DNA of 51,200 bases from Candidatus Saccharibacteria bacterium UBA1949 (lineage in GTDB: Bacteria; Patescibacteriota; Saccharimonadia; Saccharimonadales; Saccharimonadaceae). Both the position numbers and the translations under genes were made by a program. The DNA lies in contig DDER01000011.1 in NCBI GenBank assembly GCA_002336735.1, positions 186 to 51,385 on the forward strand. The letters are read 5' to 3'. Below the pieces are notes generated by a model. It did no database searches and was not told the origin of the DNA. It saw only the letters and a program-made list of their open reading frames with translations. Positions 36,433 through 46,824 of the stretch are shown piece by piece. Within the stretch, counting starts at the first letter, position 1. Every line of letters starts with the position of its first letter.

Positions 36433-37832
36433 AAAAATCTATCCAGTTTATTGTCGATGAAATTAGACAAGGGTCAGCCACCGCAAAAGAAGTTGTTGCT
36501 GATGCGCTTGAGCGAGCTCGGGGCATCGACGAGCACAATGCGCTTCTTAGCCTCACTGAAGATAGGGCATTGAGGCGAGCCGCAGCAGTAGATGAACAAC
36601 TCTCCAGAGGTGAGGACCCGGGGCGTCTAGCTGGCGTGCCGTTTGTGGTCAAAGATAATTTCCTAGCTTTTGGTGCACCGACGACCGCTGCGAGCAAATT
36701 TCTCGAGAATTTTCATGCGCCACTTCAGGCTACGGCCGTCGAGCGCCTCGAGGCTGAAGGGGCGATTTGTATTGGTAAGTCAAATCTTGACGCATTTGCA
36801 CATGGCGGCAGTACAGAAAATTCAGCGTTTGGATACACCAAAAACGCAAGCGACCTCACAAAAGTTGCTGGCGGGAGTAGTGGTGGCTCAGCGGTTGTGA
36901 ACGCACTCGATGTCGTGCCATTTGCGCTTGGTACTGATACAGGTGGTTCTATCCGTCAACCTGCGGCTTTTAACGGCGTCTATGGGCTTAAGCCGACATA
37001 CGGGACAGTGAGTCGATATGGCGTTGTCGCGATGGCCAGTAGTACGGATACGATCGGTTGCCTGGCGAAGACCCCAGAAGATATTGAACTGGTGATGAGC
37101 ATCATGGCTGGCCGCGACCCGAGGGACATGACAACATTGCCGGACTTTTTTGTGCCTTGTGCTGCTGAGCGAACCTACCGCATTGGCCTGATCAAGCAGA
37201 CGATGACTGATGATGTCGATAGAGAAGTACGGCAATCGGTGCAGGAATATGCTGATAGGTTGCGCGCCCTCGGCCACGTGGTCGAAGATGTCGATCTACC
37301 TATTATGAAATACACGCTTGCGATGTACTATATCATTATACCCGCAGAAATTAGTAGCAACTTGGCCCGCTATGACGGTATACGATATGGTCGCCGAGCA
37401 CACGATGCTCACGATCTTGCAGATCTGTATGGCCGTTCGCGGGATGAGGGCTTCATGACCGAAAACAAACGTCGTATTATGATCGGCAGTTATGTATTGT
37501 CAACAGGTTTTTTCGACGCATTCTACCTGCAAGCGCAAAAAGCTCGCACGCTACTGATTAATGAACTTAACACATTGTTCAGTTCGTTTGATGTGCTGCT
37601 CAGTCCGACTACGCCGGGGCCGGCGTTTGGTATTGGTGATCATGTTGATGATCCTGTCAGTATGTATCTTGCAGATATTATGACTGTGCCCGCTAGCCTC
37701 GCTGGGCTGCCTGGACTCAATGTACCCGTAGGTAGGACCAGTAATGGTCTGCCGATCGGAGCGCAGCTGATCGGACCGCAGCGAAGTGATGCCGCACTTC
37801 TTTCACTCGCTAAACAAACGGAGGCAGTATAG
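36429..37832 (+). CDS. gatA: Asp/Glu-tRNA amidotransferase subunit A
   Basis: Amidase signature GGSSGGS, GTDTGGSIRQPA and SSNLARYDG. Confidence 0.97.
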   Translation: MKKSIQFIVDEIRQGSATAKEVVADALERARGIDEHNALLSLTEDRALRRAAAVDEQLSRGEDPGRLAGVPFVVKDNFLAFGAPTTAASKFLENFHAPLQATAVERLEAEGAICIGKSNLDAFAHGGSTENSAFGYTKNASDLTKVAGGSSGGSAVVNALDVVPFALGTDTGGSIRQPAAFNGVYGLKPTYGTVSRYGVVAMASSTDTIGCLAKTPEDIELVMSIMAGRDPRDMTTLPDFFVPCAAERTYRIGLIKQTMTDDVDREVRQSVQEYADRLRALGHVVEDVDLPIMKYTLAMYYIIIPAEISSNLARYDGIRYGRRAHDAHDLADLYGRSRDEGFMTENKRRIMIGSYVLSTGFFDAFYLQAQKARTLLINELNTLFSSFDVLLSPTTPGPAFGIGDHVDDPVSMYLADIMTVPASLAGLPGLNVPVGRTSNGLPIGAQLIGPQRSDAALLSLAKQTEAV

Positions 37833-37834
37833 AT

Positions 37835-38257
37835 ATGACAGATGGATCAGTGATTTACTTCCTAGTTGGGATTGTATTTGTGGCGGGGATTTTGTTTAGT
37901 ATCATCGCCATTGCGCGGCGATCACCCTCGCGTATTAACGTCCAGAAGTACCGTTTAGACTGGCTCAAAATTGAGAATGGCCTCCAAAAAACCAACATCG
38001 CTAGCCATTCTTTGGCGGTAGTAAACGCTGATACTTTGCTTGATCGAGCGCTGCGCGAGCGTGGATTTCCAGGCCAGACGATGGGAGAACGTATGAAAAA
38101 GGCTGACAAGTTATGGAGCAGTGCCAATCAAATATGGAGCGCCCACAAACTACGTAACCGCATCGCACACGAAACAGGGACGGTTGTATCATACGGCGAC
38201 GCCGCCAAAGCACTCGCCGCATACAAGCGGGCGCTCAAAGACCTGGGGGCTATCTAA
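37835..38257 (+). CDS. membrane-anchored helical protein with HEPN-like RxxxxH motif
   Basis: N-terminal TM, AD.LLD.AL...G.TMGER, and WSAHKLRNRIAHE. Confidence 0.75.
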   Translation: MTDGSVIYFLVGIVFVAGILFSIIAIARRSPSRINVQKYRLDWLKIENGLQKTNIASHSLAVVNADTLLDRALRERGFPGQTMGERMKKADKLWSSANQIWSAHKLRNRIAHETGTVVSYGDAAKALAAYKRALKDLGAI

Positions 38258-39735
38258 TGGCGCAGCAAGAGAGCCAAGACGTGTATGAAATGACGATCGG
38301 GATCGAATGTCATGTCCAGCTTGCGACGCACACCAAGCTATTTAGTCCCGCCGACAACGATGCGCGCGACAAACAGCCCAATGCAGTTGTGCATCCTATT
38401 GATTTCGGGCTGCCTGGCATGTTGCCGGTGCTCAATCGTCGAGCTGTCGATCTGGCGATACGTGCCGCCAAAGCGCTCAATGCCGATGTAGCGCGCGAGA
38501 GCCGATTTGATCGCAAGCATTATTTTTATCCTGATCTACCAAAAGGCTATCAGACATCACAGATGTATCAGCCAATTATTCTGTCTGGGTTTGTCGACGT
38601 GCCAACTGCTGACGGCTCGACGGCGCGCATACGAATTCACCACGCGCACATGGAAGAAGATGCTGGCAAACTAACGCATTATTCGGGTCATAGCCTCGTC
38701 GACCTCAATCGTGCCGGTACGCCGCTTATCGAAATCGTTTCTGAACCAGATATTCATTCGGCTGCTACCGCGCGGGCGTATGCTACTGAACTCTATCGAC
38801 TCATGACATATGCCGGCGTCACTCATGGCGACCTGTACCATGGCAATATGAGATTTGACGTCAATATATCCGTCGCGCCTAAAGGCTCGAGCACTCTCGG
38901 TACGCGCACAGAGGTCAAAAACCTTAATTCATTTCGGGCTGTTGAACGTGCGGCCCATTACGAATTTGAACGTCAGGTTGATATACTCGAGCGCGGCGAA
39001 AAGGTCGTTCAGGAAACGCGCGGCTGGGACGATACGCGTCAGGTCACAACAAGCCAGCGCTCCAAAGAAGATGCCCAAGATTATCGCTATATGCCAGATG
39101 CCGATATACCACCGATCGTGCTCACTGATGCCGAGATCGACACCATCCAAGCGGACGTGCCGATGCTTCCTAGTGAATATCGAAGTCGCTGGGAACCGCT
39201 AACTCTCGACATATCAGTCGTCAATACCTTGCTCGCTAATCAGAACTATGCGCGAATCATTACCGATATTCTCGATCGTGCGGGTGAAGCATCGGCCAAA
39301 CGCGCTGCGCACTGGTTTGCGAGCTCGCTTGCCCAGTCGGGCTCAGGTGGCGATGATGATATGATACCAGTCGATACAGCTGCACCGTACGTGAGTATCG
39401 ATGACCTGATCGCGCTGGCGGACATGACTGAAAGAAATGAGATTTCGAGTACAAGCGCCAAGGAGCTATTCAACGAATTGTTGGCAGGCGCATCTGATCC
39501 GCGCCAGCTAGCCCTCCGTAAAAATTTGTTACAAGTTTCAGATGAAAACGCAATCGCTGCTATTGTTGATGAAGTGCTTGCTGATCCCGCATCTGCCGCT
39601 TCAATCGCCGATATTCGTGCCGGCAAAGACAAGGCAATCGGTTATCTCGTCGGGCAAGTCATGAAGCGTTCAAACGGCAAAGCCAATCCCTCTCTGTCGC
39701 AGCGATTAATTCGCGACAGGATGGCTCATTTATGA
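38257..39735 (+). CDS. gatB: Asp/Glu-tRNA amidotransferase subunit B
   Basis: IGIECHVQL, FDRKHYFYPDLPKGYQ, NRAGTPLIEIV and DYRY.P motifs. Confidence 0.97.
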   Translation: MAQQESQDVYEMTIGIECHVQLATHTKLFSPADNDARDKQPNAVVHPIDFGLPGMLPVLNRRAVDLAIRAAKALNADVARESRFDRKHYFYPDLPKGYQTSQMYQPIILSGFVDVPTADGSTARIRIHHAHMEEDAGKLTHYSGHSLVDLNRAGTPLIEIVSEPDIHSAATARAYATELYRLMTYAGVTHGDLYHGNMRFDVNISVAPKGSSTLGTRTEVKNLNSFRAVERAAHYEFERQVDILERGEKVVQETRGWDDTRQVTTSQRSKEDAQDYRYMPDADIPPIVLTDAEIDTIQADVPMLPSEYRSRWEPLTLDISVVNTLLANQNYARIITDILDRAGEASAKRAAHWFASSLAQSGSGGDDDMIPVDTAAPYVSIDDLIALADMTERNEISSTSAKELFNELLAGASDPRQLALRKNLLQVSDENAIAAIVDEVLADPASAASIADIRAGKDKAIGYLVGQVMKRSNGKANPSLSQRLIRDRMAHL

Positions 39736-40640
39736 AACGCCCAACCAAAGCTATTATTGCGGCTGCTGGGTTTGGTACGAGGTTTTTGCCACAGACCAAA
39801 GCGATGCCAAAAGAGATGATGCCGCTGATTGACAAACCAATCATCCAATATGTTGTCGAAGAATTAGTTGCGGCTGGTATTACCGATATTATCATTGTTG
39901 GTAGTAGTAATAAGCGGGCTATTGAGGATCACTTTGATGAACCGAGTGCTGATCTGGTTGCCAATCTCAAGGCGGGCGGCGCCAAGAAAAAACCGTTATA
40001 CGACCAGATGATGCAGATTTCAGACATGGCGAATTTTATTTACCTCCGTCAAAAAGGCGTATATGGCAATGCTACGCCAGTGCAATGTGCGGCTCATTTG
40101 ATTGGTAATGAGCCATTCATTTATACATTTGCCGATGACTTTTTTGTGGCAAAACCAGGGAGGACCAAGCAGCTCATCGAAACATATACTAAATATAGCG
40201 GTCAAGTCCTTGCCTGCAAAAAAATGCTTCTTGATGACGAATACGACCGATATGGTGTCGTCGCGGGTGATTCGGCCGACGACGTGACGATAAGGGTCAG
40301 CAAATTTGTCGAAAAACCAGGCAAGGCAGATGCGCCGAGCGATCTTGCGAGTGTGAGCGGCTATCTACTCACGCCAGAAATTTTTGCATATATAGATCGG
40401 GCGGCTCTAGAGCACAACGGCACGGGAGAGTTAATGATTCAGCCGATCGTGCAACAAATGATTGATGATGGCTACGCAGTGTATGCACGAGAAATCACAG
40501 GGGGTACGTTCTACGATACGGGCGACAAGCTCGAATATATTAAAACAATCATTGATTTCGGCCTGGCCCATCCAGTCCTAGGCAGGGGTCTACGACAATT
40601 TATTGCCGACCGCCTCTCCCACGAACAGGATGTGAAATAA
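39732..40640 (+). CDS. galU: UTP--glucose-1-phosphate uridylyltransferase
   Basis: AAG.GTRFLP.TKA.PKEM, DKP.IQY, FVEKP and YDTG motifs. Confidence 0.93.
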   Translation: MKRPTKAIIAAAGFGTRFLPQTKAMPKEMMPLIDKPIIQYVVEELVAAGITDIIIVGSSNKRAIEDHFDEPSADLVANLKAGGAKKKPLYDQMMQISDMANFIYLRQKGVYGNATPVQCAAHLIGNEPFIYTFADDFFVAKPGRTKQLIETYTKYSGQVLACKKMLLDDEYDRYGVVAGDSADDVTIRVSKFVEKPGKADAPSDLASVSGYLLTPEIFAYIDRAALEHNGTGELMIQPIVQQMIDDGYAVYAREITGGTFYDTGDKLEYIKTIIDFGLAHPVLGRGLRQFIADRLSHEQDVK

Positions 40641-40711
40641 TTCACAGCAATATCAGCAATCTGTGCGGTATAATAATATGAGATAAACGTAAGATTACAA
40701 AGGAGATGATC

Positions 40712-40951
40712 ATGGATTGGGCTCAAGTGCTGGTAATTATCCTTGGTGTTGTGCTCGCTATCTTTCTCGTGCTCGCGATCATTTTGGTCTCGTTGCTCAT
40801 CAAGATCAGCCAACAAATCAAACAAGTGACTGGCTCTGCGCAGCGGACTGTTGCCAACCTCGAATCAAGTGTAGCAAATTTCAGCAAAGCTACCTCGCCA
40901 ATTTTTCTTGGAAAGCTCATCACATCATACATTAAGAAGTTCAAAAAATAA
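40712..40951 (+). CDS. small membrane protein (YtxG/DUF948-like)
   Basis: N-terminal TM plus coiled region, upstream of a YtxH-like gene. SD AAGGAG 6 nt before ATG 40712. Confidence 0.75.
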   Translation: MDWAQVLVIILGVVLAIFLVLAIILVSLLIKISQQIKQVTGSAQRTVANLESSVANFSKATSPIFLGKLITSYIKKFKK

Positions 40952-40965
40952 GGAGGAATATCGAT

Positions 40966-41301
40966 ATGTCAAAAGGTAAATTCGCTCTTGGTGCAATCTT
41001 TGGAGGCCTAGCTGGCCTCGTAGCTGGCCTACTCACTGCGCCAAAATCTGGCAAAGAAACTCGCGCAGATATCAAACTAAAAGCTCAAGATGCCAAAGAA
41101 GAGGCAGAGCGACGTGCCGTCGAAGTCAAAAAACAAGCTCTTGATACTGTCGATGAGGCCAAAGTTCAGGCAGACCGCCTGGTCAAAGAAGCTCGCACTT
41201 CAATCGAAGAATACAAATCTCGCGGCGAACGCGCCTTTACTGCCGCCAAAAAAGAGGCCACGACCGCTCACACTGACTCCAAAAAGAGAACCAATTCTTA
41301 G
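40966..41301 (+). CDS. YtxH-domain protein
   Basis: F.LGA.FGG..G...GLL.APKSGKETR signature; SD AAGGAGG. Confidence 0.9.
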   Translation: MSKGKFALGAIFGGLAGLVAGLLTAPKSGKETRADIKLKAQDAKEEAERRAVEVKKQALDTVDEAKVQADRLVKEARTSIEEYKSRGERAFTAAKKEATTAHTDSKKRTNS

Positions 41302-41320
41302 CCCGCCAAATATTGTATAG

Positions 41321-41355
41321 AGACACATCGTTCATCTTGAGCGGTGTGTTTTTTT
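41321..41355 (+). terminator. intrinsic terminator
   Basis: ACACATCGTTCA-TCT-TGAGCGGTGTGT stem with G-U pairs, followed by a T run. Confidence 0.8.
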
Positions 41356-41526
41356 ATATTTTTCACGATACGACTTTTTTTGTTAAGCTCAGCATACTAT
41401 GTGCCTATTCTCTAACGGTTCCTGCGCGTTGATTCAGTAGCAGGTGGTATCTTCCAGCGCTTGCGTCTATGCTCTCGATCCACTTGTACACGCCGAGACC
41501 AGACACTATAATAAATAAACGCTACT

Positions 41527-42807
41527 ATGAAAACAAAGTTAGTGATTTTTGGCATATCGGGAGATCTCGGACGGCATAAATTGCTTCCTGCACTCGAACA
41601 CATCGTGGCGGCTGGGTATGGCGATGACGTGGAGATTATTGGTGTTTCGCGTCATAATATCGGGGTATCGCAGTTAGTGAGGGTGGCGAGTAATCTCATC
41701 GAACGTACTCGCATATTTATGATGAACCTAGCTGATCCAGCTGAATACGGTCGATTACGCGAGCATATCAATCTGCGCCCAGAAGAGCAAGTTATTGTCT
41801 ATTTATCCGTGCCGCCGTCAGCTTCGGCGCAGATTGCAGAGTATATGGGTCGAGCTGGGATCAATACACCGAATGTTAAAATGTTATTTGAAAAACCATT
41901 TGGTGTTGACTTGGTATCGGCCGAGGAAGTGATAGAACAAATCGCACAGTACTATGATGAACAACAAATCTATCGCGTCGATCATTACCTCGCCAAAGAG
42001 ATGGCTCAAAACATCATCACATTTCGTTCAAGCAATGCACTCTTCAGTCATATTTGGCACCGACATGTTATACAGTCAGTCCATATCGTAGCAAGCGAGA
42101 CGATCGGTATCGAAGGTAGGGCGCAATTTTACGAACAAACCGGTGCGCTGCGAGACATCGTGCAAGGACACTTACTGCAACTTCTGGCGCTGGTACTGCT
42201 CGATATTCCGGCTGAATTTGACTGGCAGGATCTGCCGCGACTGCGCTACGAAGCGCTGGCTCAACTGAGGCCGGCCGATCCGGCGCTCTGCGTACGAGGA
42301 CAGTATGATACGTATCGCGCTGAAGTGAATAATCCCAAATCTGACACAGAAACATATGTCTCTCTCCAGCTCGAGTCACGCGATGAGCGATGGAAAAATA
42401 TTCCGCTCACTCTCACTACCGGTAAAGCGCTCAAGACTCGCACGACTGAAATCCATGTTTGTCTGCGCAAAGCCCATACTGCGCAGTGCGACGAAATAAT
42501 CTTTCATATTCAGCCCGACGAAGGTATCAGCATACAGCTTTACACCAAGAGGCCCGGCTATAGTAGTGAGCTCGAGCCGAGACGACTCAGTTTTCGTTAC
42601 GAACCAGACGAACGTTTACCGGACGCGTATGAGCAGGTGCTCGTCGACGCAATCTATGGCAAGAAGAATTTGTTCACTGAGAGCAATGAAGTGCTCGCAA
42701 GCTGGCGAATATTACAGCCGATTCTTGATGCATGGTCATTTGGCAAAGGGCCGCTTTATACGTATGCAGCCGGCACATCGCATCTTGCTATCGGGCCCAA
42801 ACCATGA
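41527..42807 (+). CDS. zwf: glucose-6-phosphate 1-dehydrogenase (compact form)
   Basis: FGISGDL...KL.PAL, EKPFG, YRVDHYLAKE, GALRDIVQGH and ETY motifs. Confidence 0.92.
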   Translation: MKTKLVIFGISGDLGRHKLLPALEHIVAAGYGDDVEIIGVSRHNIGVSQLVRVASNLIERTRIFMMNLADPAEYGRLREHINLRPEEQVIVYLSVPPSASAQIAEYMGRAGINTPNVKMLFEKPFGVDLVSAEEVIEQIAQYYDEQQIYRVDHYLAKEMAQNIITFRSSNALFSHIWHRHVIQSVHIVASETIGIEGRAQFYEQTGALRDIVQGHLLQLLALVLLDIPAEFDWQDLPRLRYEALAQLRPADPALCVRGQYDTYRAEVNNPKSDTETYVSLQLESRDERWKNIPLTLTTGKALKTRTTEIHVCLRKAHTAQCDEIIFHIQPDEGISIQLYTKRPGYSSELEPRRLSFRYEPDERLPDAYEQVLVDAIYGKKNLFTESNEVLASWRILQPILDAWSFGKGPLYTYAAGTSHLAIGPKP

Positions 42808-42819
42808 CAGACTAAATAT

Positions 42820-43095
42820 ATGAAAAAAACTATTACAAAAATTCATGACGATAATGAACGAGGCGCTCGCGAGTCAGTGCTTGAAGATTTATTTAACGAT
42901 TTCAATCGTAGGCGGTATCAAGTCTACAAAATGAACTTCATCAGAGGGATGTTCTTTGGATTCGGAAGTGTGCTTGGTGGTACGTTGCTGGTTGGCCTAG
43001 TGGTATGGCTGCTTGGTGGCATTGGTGCTTTGGTGCCAGCCTTGGCGGACTTTATCAACAGCATTATTGATGTTATGAATAACACAACTCGCTAG
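42820..43095 (+). CDS. small membrane protein (DUF5665-like)
   Basis: NF.RG.FFG.GS.LG.T motif. Confidence 0.7.
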   Translation: MKKTITKIHDDNERGARESVLEDLFNDFNRRRYQVYKMNFIRGMFFGFGSVLGGTLLVGLVVWLLGGIGALVPALADFINSIIDVMNNTTR

Positions 43096-43137
43096 AGCGT
43101 GCGAATACCCGTTCCGATGCTATAATAGAAGATAGTT

Positions 43138-46100
43138 ATGGAGGGTAAAACCAAACAATCTGCCGTGCCAGGTTCGGTATTAACACCGAGCGATTTTGTC
43201 CATTTACACAATCATACACATCATAGTTTGCTTGATGGCCTCACCAAGATGGATGAGCTCGTCGCAAAAGTAAAAGAATATGGTATGGTCGGGGCTGCGG
43301 TCACTGACCATGGTACGATGAGCGGCATTATCGAGTTTTACAAGGCCGCCAGCGCTGAAGGTATCAAGCCAATTCTCGGTATCGAAGCCTATATCGCTGC
43401 ACGTTCTCGACATGATCGCGATCCAGCTAAAGACAAACAGCGATACCATCTTACGTTGCTGGCTATGAGTAATAGGGGCTATCAAAACCTGATGCAATTG
43501 TCGACTATTGCAAATCTCGAGGGAGTCTACTATAAGCCGCGGATGGATCATGAGATTCTTGAGAGATACAACGATGACATAATCGTGCTAAGTGGTTGTA
43601 TGGGCGGTGAGTTGGGCGAATTAATGCGCAATGATGACTATGATGGAGCGATCACGGTTGCCAAATGGTACAAATCAATATTTGGTGACCGATATTACCT
43701 AGAACTACAAGATCATGGACATCCGGAGGCGCCGAGCCATTCGGCCGAGCAGTTCAAAGTCAATCAAGCACTTATTAGACTATCTGACGAGCTGGATATT
43801 CCAATGGTCGTGACATGTGATGGTCATTATCTCACACATGCCGACCAAGACGCTCACGAAATTCTCCTGTGTGTCGGCACCGGAGCGTATCTTTCTGATG
43901 AAAAGCGCATGAGCCTCAAAGATTATGAGTTACACCTGACGGATCCAGCCGAAATTATTAGACGTTGGGGCAAGGAGCGCCCAGACGTCGTCGCCAATAC
44001 TCGTGCAATTGCTGATAGATGTGATGTCCAGATCGAGCTGGGCAATATCCTCATACCGAAATACCCAGTCCCAAAGGGTGAGACCGAAAAATCTTACCTA
44101 GATAACTTAGTCTATCGTGGTTTAGCGGTGCGATATGAAGCGAAAGATCCTGAAGAAGTAGCTGCTTTGTCGATGAGTGATATCAAGCCGCTGCTATCGC
44201 AAAAGGTCAACGACCGCGTGGATATGGAGTTTGAAGTCGTCAACCGTATGGGGTATAACGGCTATTTTTTGATCGTTCAAGATTTTATCAACTGGGGCAA
44301 ATCCGAAGGTATCGTGTTTGGGCCAGGCCGCGGTTCGGCGGCAGGATCTATCATCGCTTATGCGCTCAATATTACCGATCTTGACCCTCTCAAATATGAT
44401 TTGCTATTTGAGCGATTTCTCAATCCTGATCGAATCTCTATGCCTGATATCGACATCGATATACAGGATACGCGTCGTGACGAAGTGATCCAATACTGTG
44501 CCAAAAAATATGGCGAATCGCGCGTTGCCAATATCGTGACATTTGGTCGGATGGCGGCACGGGCGGCAGTACGCGATGTTGCTCGGGTACTGCAAGTCCC
44601 CTACGCCGAAGCTGATCGTTTAAGCAAAATGATTCCGCCGCCAGTCCAGGGCCGGCATATTCCACTCTCCAAAAGTATCGTCGACGACCATGATCTCAAG
44701 CACGAATACGAGACCAATCCGACCGCCAAAGAAGTCTTCGACTATGCAATTCGGCTCGAAGGTACCATTCGCTCGCACGGAGTTCATGCGGCGGGGGTGG
44801 TGATCGCACCAGACGATATTGTCAAATACGTACCACTCGAAATGGCTCAAAAAGGTGTCGTTGCGACTCAATACCCGATGGGGCCAGTCGAAGATCTCGG
44901 TCTGCTCAAGATGGACTTTCTAGGGCTATCCAACCTTACGATTATCAACAATGCCATGCGTATCATTCGCAAAGTCTATGGTGTAGAAATTAACCTTTCG
45001 ACCCTGCCCCTCGAAGATGAAAAAACATTTGAACTCCTGCAACGCGGTGATACGACAGGCGTGTTCCAGCTCGAGTCGGCAGGAATGAAGCGCTATCTCA
45101 AAAGTCTCAAACCAACTCATTTCGAGGACATTATCGCTATGTGTGCCTTATACCGGCCTGGGCCGCTTGGCGCAGGGCTGACGGATAGTTTTGTGAAACG
45201 CAAAAACGGCCTTGAACCTGTCAGCTACGAACATGAGCTGACGCGATCTGCTCTCGAAACCACGTATGGAGTGATTGTATACCAAGAACAGGTGATGCAG
45301 ATGAGCAAAGAAATGTCAGGTTTTACTGCAGGTGAAGCCGATACGCTTCGTAAAGGCATCGGCAAAAAAATTCCTGAGGTACTCAAAAAAATGGGCAATC
45401 AATTTATTGAAGGTGCCGTAAAAAATGGTGTTCCTCGTGATGTCGTCGAAAAGATTTGGCATGATATTTTAGGATTTGCCGACTATGCATTCAATAAGTC
45501 ACACTCCGCGTGTTATGGGTTGATAGCCTACTGGACTGCCTACCTGAAAGCTCACTACCCAGATGCGTTTATGGCGGCGTTAATGACAAGCGACGCAGAC
45601 GATACTGATCGACTGGCGATTGAAATAACCGAATGCAAATACCAAGGAATGACCGTGCTGAGTCCTGATGTCAACGAATCATTTGTCGAATTTGCGGTTG
45701 TTCCGGGCAAAAAACAAATTCGATTCGGGCTTTTTGCGGTGAAGGGTGTTGGCGTGGGTGCAGTAGAAGAAATCCTACGCGCTCGCGAGGACGGCAAATT
45801 CACAAGTATCGAAGATTTTGCCAAACGCGTCAGCACCCAAAAAGTTAACAAACGCGTCTACGAATCGCTTATCAAATCTGGTGGATTTGATAGTCTCGGT
45901 GATCGCTCGGACCTATTATTTAATCTTGAAAATATCTTAGCATTTGCCTCAAAGTTGCAAAAAGAAGCACTGAGTGGACAGACTGACCTATTCGGTAATC
46001 TAGGCGGCATGGATACGATGCACCCGACGATGACACTACAATCCGCTCCAGTCAGATATACCGAAAAAGAACAATTAGCCTGGGAACGAGAACTACTTGG

Positions 46101-46824
46101 ACTCTATATCAGCGCCCATCCGCTTGATAACTATGATGCATTTTTCGAGGAGCAGACGATGGCGCTTCGGAATATATCGCAACATATCGATGGTCAGAGC
46201 GTGACGGTGGGCGGTATTGTCTCGACGATTCGGACGATTGTGACGCGCGCCGGTACCAAAATGGCGTTTGTCGGTATCGAAGACAAAACGGGTGAATCTG
46301 AAGTGATTCTATTCCCAAAAACATATGAGCAGGTTTCGGCGATTCTGGTACAAGATGTCGTCATCAAAATCACTGGCCGCGTGAACGCAAGAGATCGCGA
46401 CGGTAATATCACGAGCGAAGCCAAGGTTAATGCCGAAGACGTGAGTGTAATTACCGAGCAAGAACTACGCGAATACGAATCAACGGGGCGCAAGATGAGT
46501 GCGCCTACAGGACAGGCTAAGGTTTACCGACGCAAAAATACAGTCGCGCAGGCGCCAAAATCAGTCGCTACGCCAGCCACCGAGTACACCGTATCTGACG
46601 AGGCCTCTCGCACGCTCTATGTTCGTATCACCGATCCTGATGACCACGACACACTACTTGCGCTCAAAAAAGAATGTACCAAACATCCAGGCGAAACCAC
46701 TATCATCATAGTGCTCGGCGACAACAAATCCGCCATTCGCCTGCCATTTCGCGTCGACGCAAATAAAGAGTTGTTATCGACATTGACAAATCTTTTGACA
46801 GAAGAAGCTGTCGTAATCAAATAG
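43138..46824 (+). CDS. dnaE: DNA polymerase III alpha subunit
   Basis: PHP domain (FVHLHNHT.HSLLDG, TDHG), GRGSAAGS, PDIDID, KMDFLGL, FNKSH and OB fold. Confidence 0.98.
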   Translation: MEGKTKQSAVPGSVLTPSDFVHLHNHTHHSLLDGLTKMDELVAKVKEYGMVGAAVTDHGTMSGIIEFYKAASAEGIKPILGIEAYIAARSRHDRDPAKDKQRYHLTLLAMSNRGYQNLMQLSTIANLEGVYYKPRMDHEILERYNDDIIVLSGCMGGELGELMRNDDYDGAITVAKWYKSIFGDRYYLELQDHGHPEAPSHSAEQFKVNQALIRLSDELDIPMVVTCDGHYLTHADQDAHEILLCVGTGAYLSDEKRMSLKDYELHLTDPAEIIRRWGKERPDVVANTRAIADRCDVQIELGNILIPKYPVPKGETEKSYLDNLVYRGLAVRYEAKDPEEVAALSMSDIKPLLSQKVNDRVDMEFEVVNRMGYNGYFLIVQDFINWGKSEGIVFGPGRGSAAGSIIAYALNITDLDPLKYDLLFERFLNPDRISMPDIDIDIQDTRRDEVIQYCAKKYGESRVANIVTFGRMAARAAVRDVARVLQVPYAEADRLSKMIPPPVQGRHIPLSKSIVDDHDLKHEYETNPTAKEVFDYAIRLEGTIRSHGVHAAGVVIAPDDIVKYVPLEMAQKGVVATQYPMGPVEDLGLLKMDFLGLSNLTIINNAMRIIRKVYGVEINLSTLPLEDEKTFELLQRGDTTGVFQLESAGMKRYLKSLKPTHFEDIIAMCALYRPGPLGAGLTDSFVKRKNGLEPVSYEHELTRSALETTYGVIVYQEQVMQMSKEMSGFTAGEADTLRKGIGKKIPEVLKKMGNQFIEGAVKNGVPRDVVEKIWHDILGFADYAFNKSHSACYGLIAYWTAYLKAHYPDAFMAALMTSDADDTDRLAIEITECKYQGMTVLSPDVNESFVEFAVVPGKKQIRFGLFAVKGVGVGAVEEILRAREDGKFTSIEDFAKRVSTQKVNKRVYESLIKSGGFDSLGDRSDLLFNLENILAFASKLQKEALSGQTDLFGNLGGMDTMHPTMTLQSAPVRYTEKEQLAWERELLGLYISAHPLDNYDAFFEEQTMALRNISQHIDGQSVTVGGIVSTIRTIVTRAGTKMAFVGIEDKTGESEVILFPKTYEQVSAILVQDVVIKITGRVNARDRDGNITSEAKVNAEDVSVITEQELREYESTGRKMSAPTGQAKVYRRKNTVAQAPKSVATPATEYTVSDEASRTLYVRITDPDDHDTLLALKKECTKHPGETTIIIVLGDNKSAIRLPFRVDANKELLSTLTNLLTEEAVVIK

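Noticed and set aside
43138-46824. Intein or intron in dnaE (also checked nrdD)
   Set aside because: Lengths and motif spacing are normal; no intein-like block or LAGLIDADG motif was seen.
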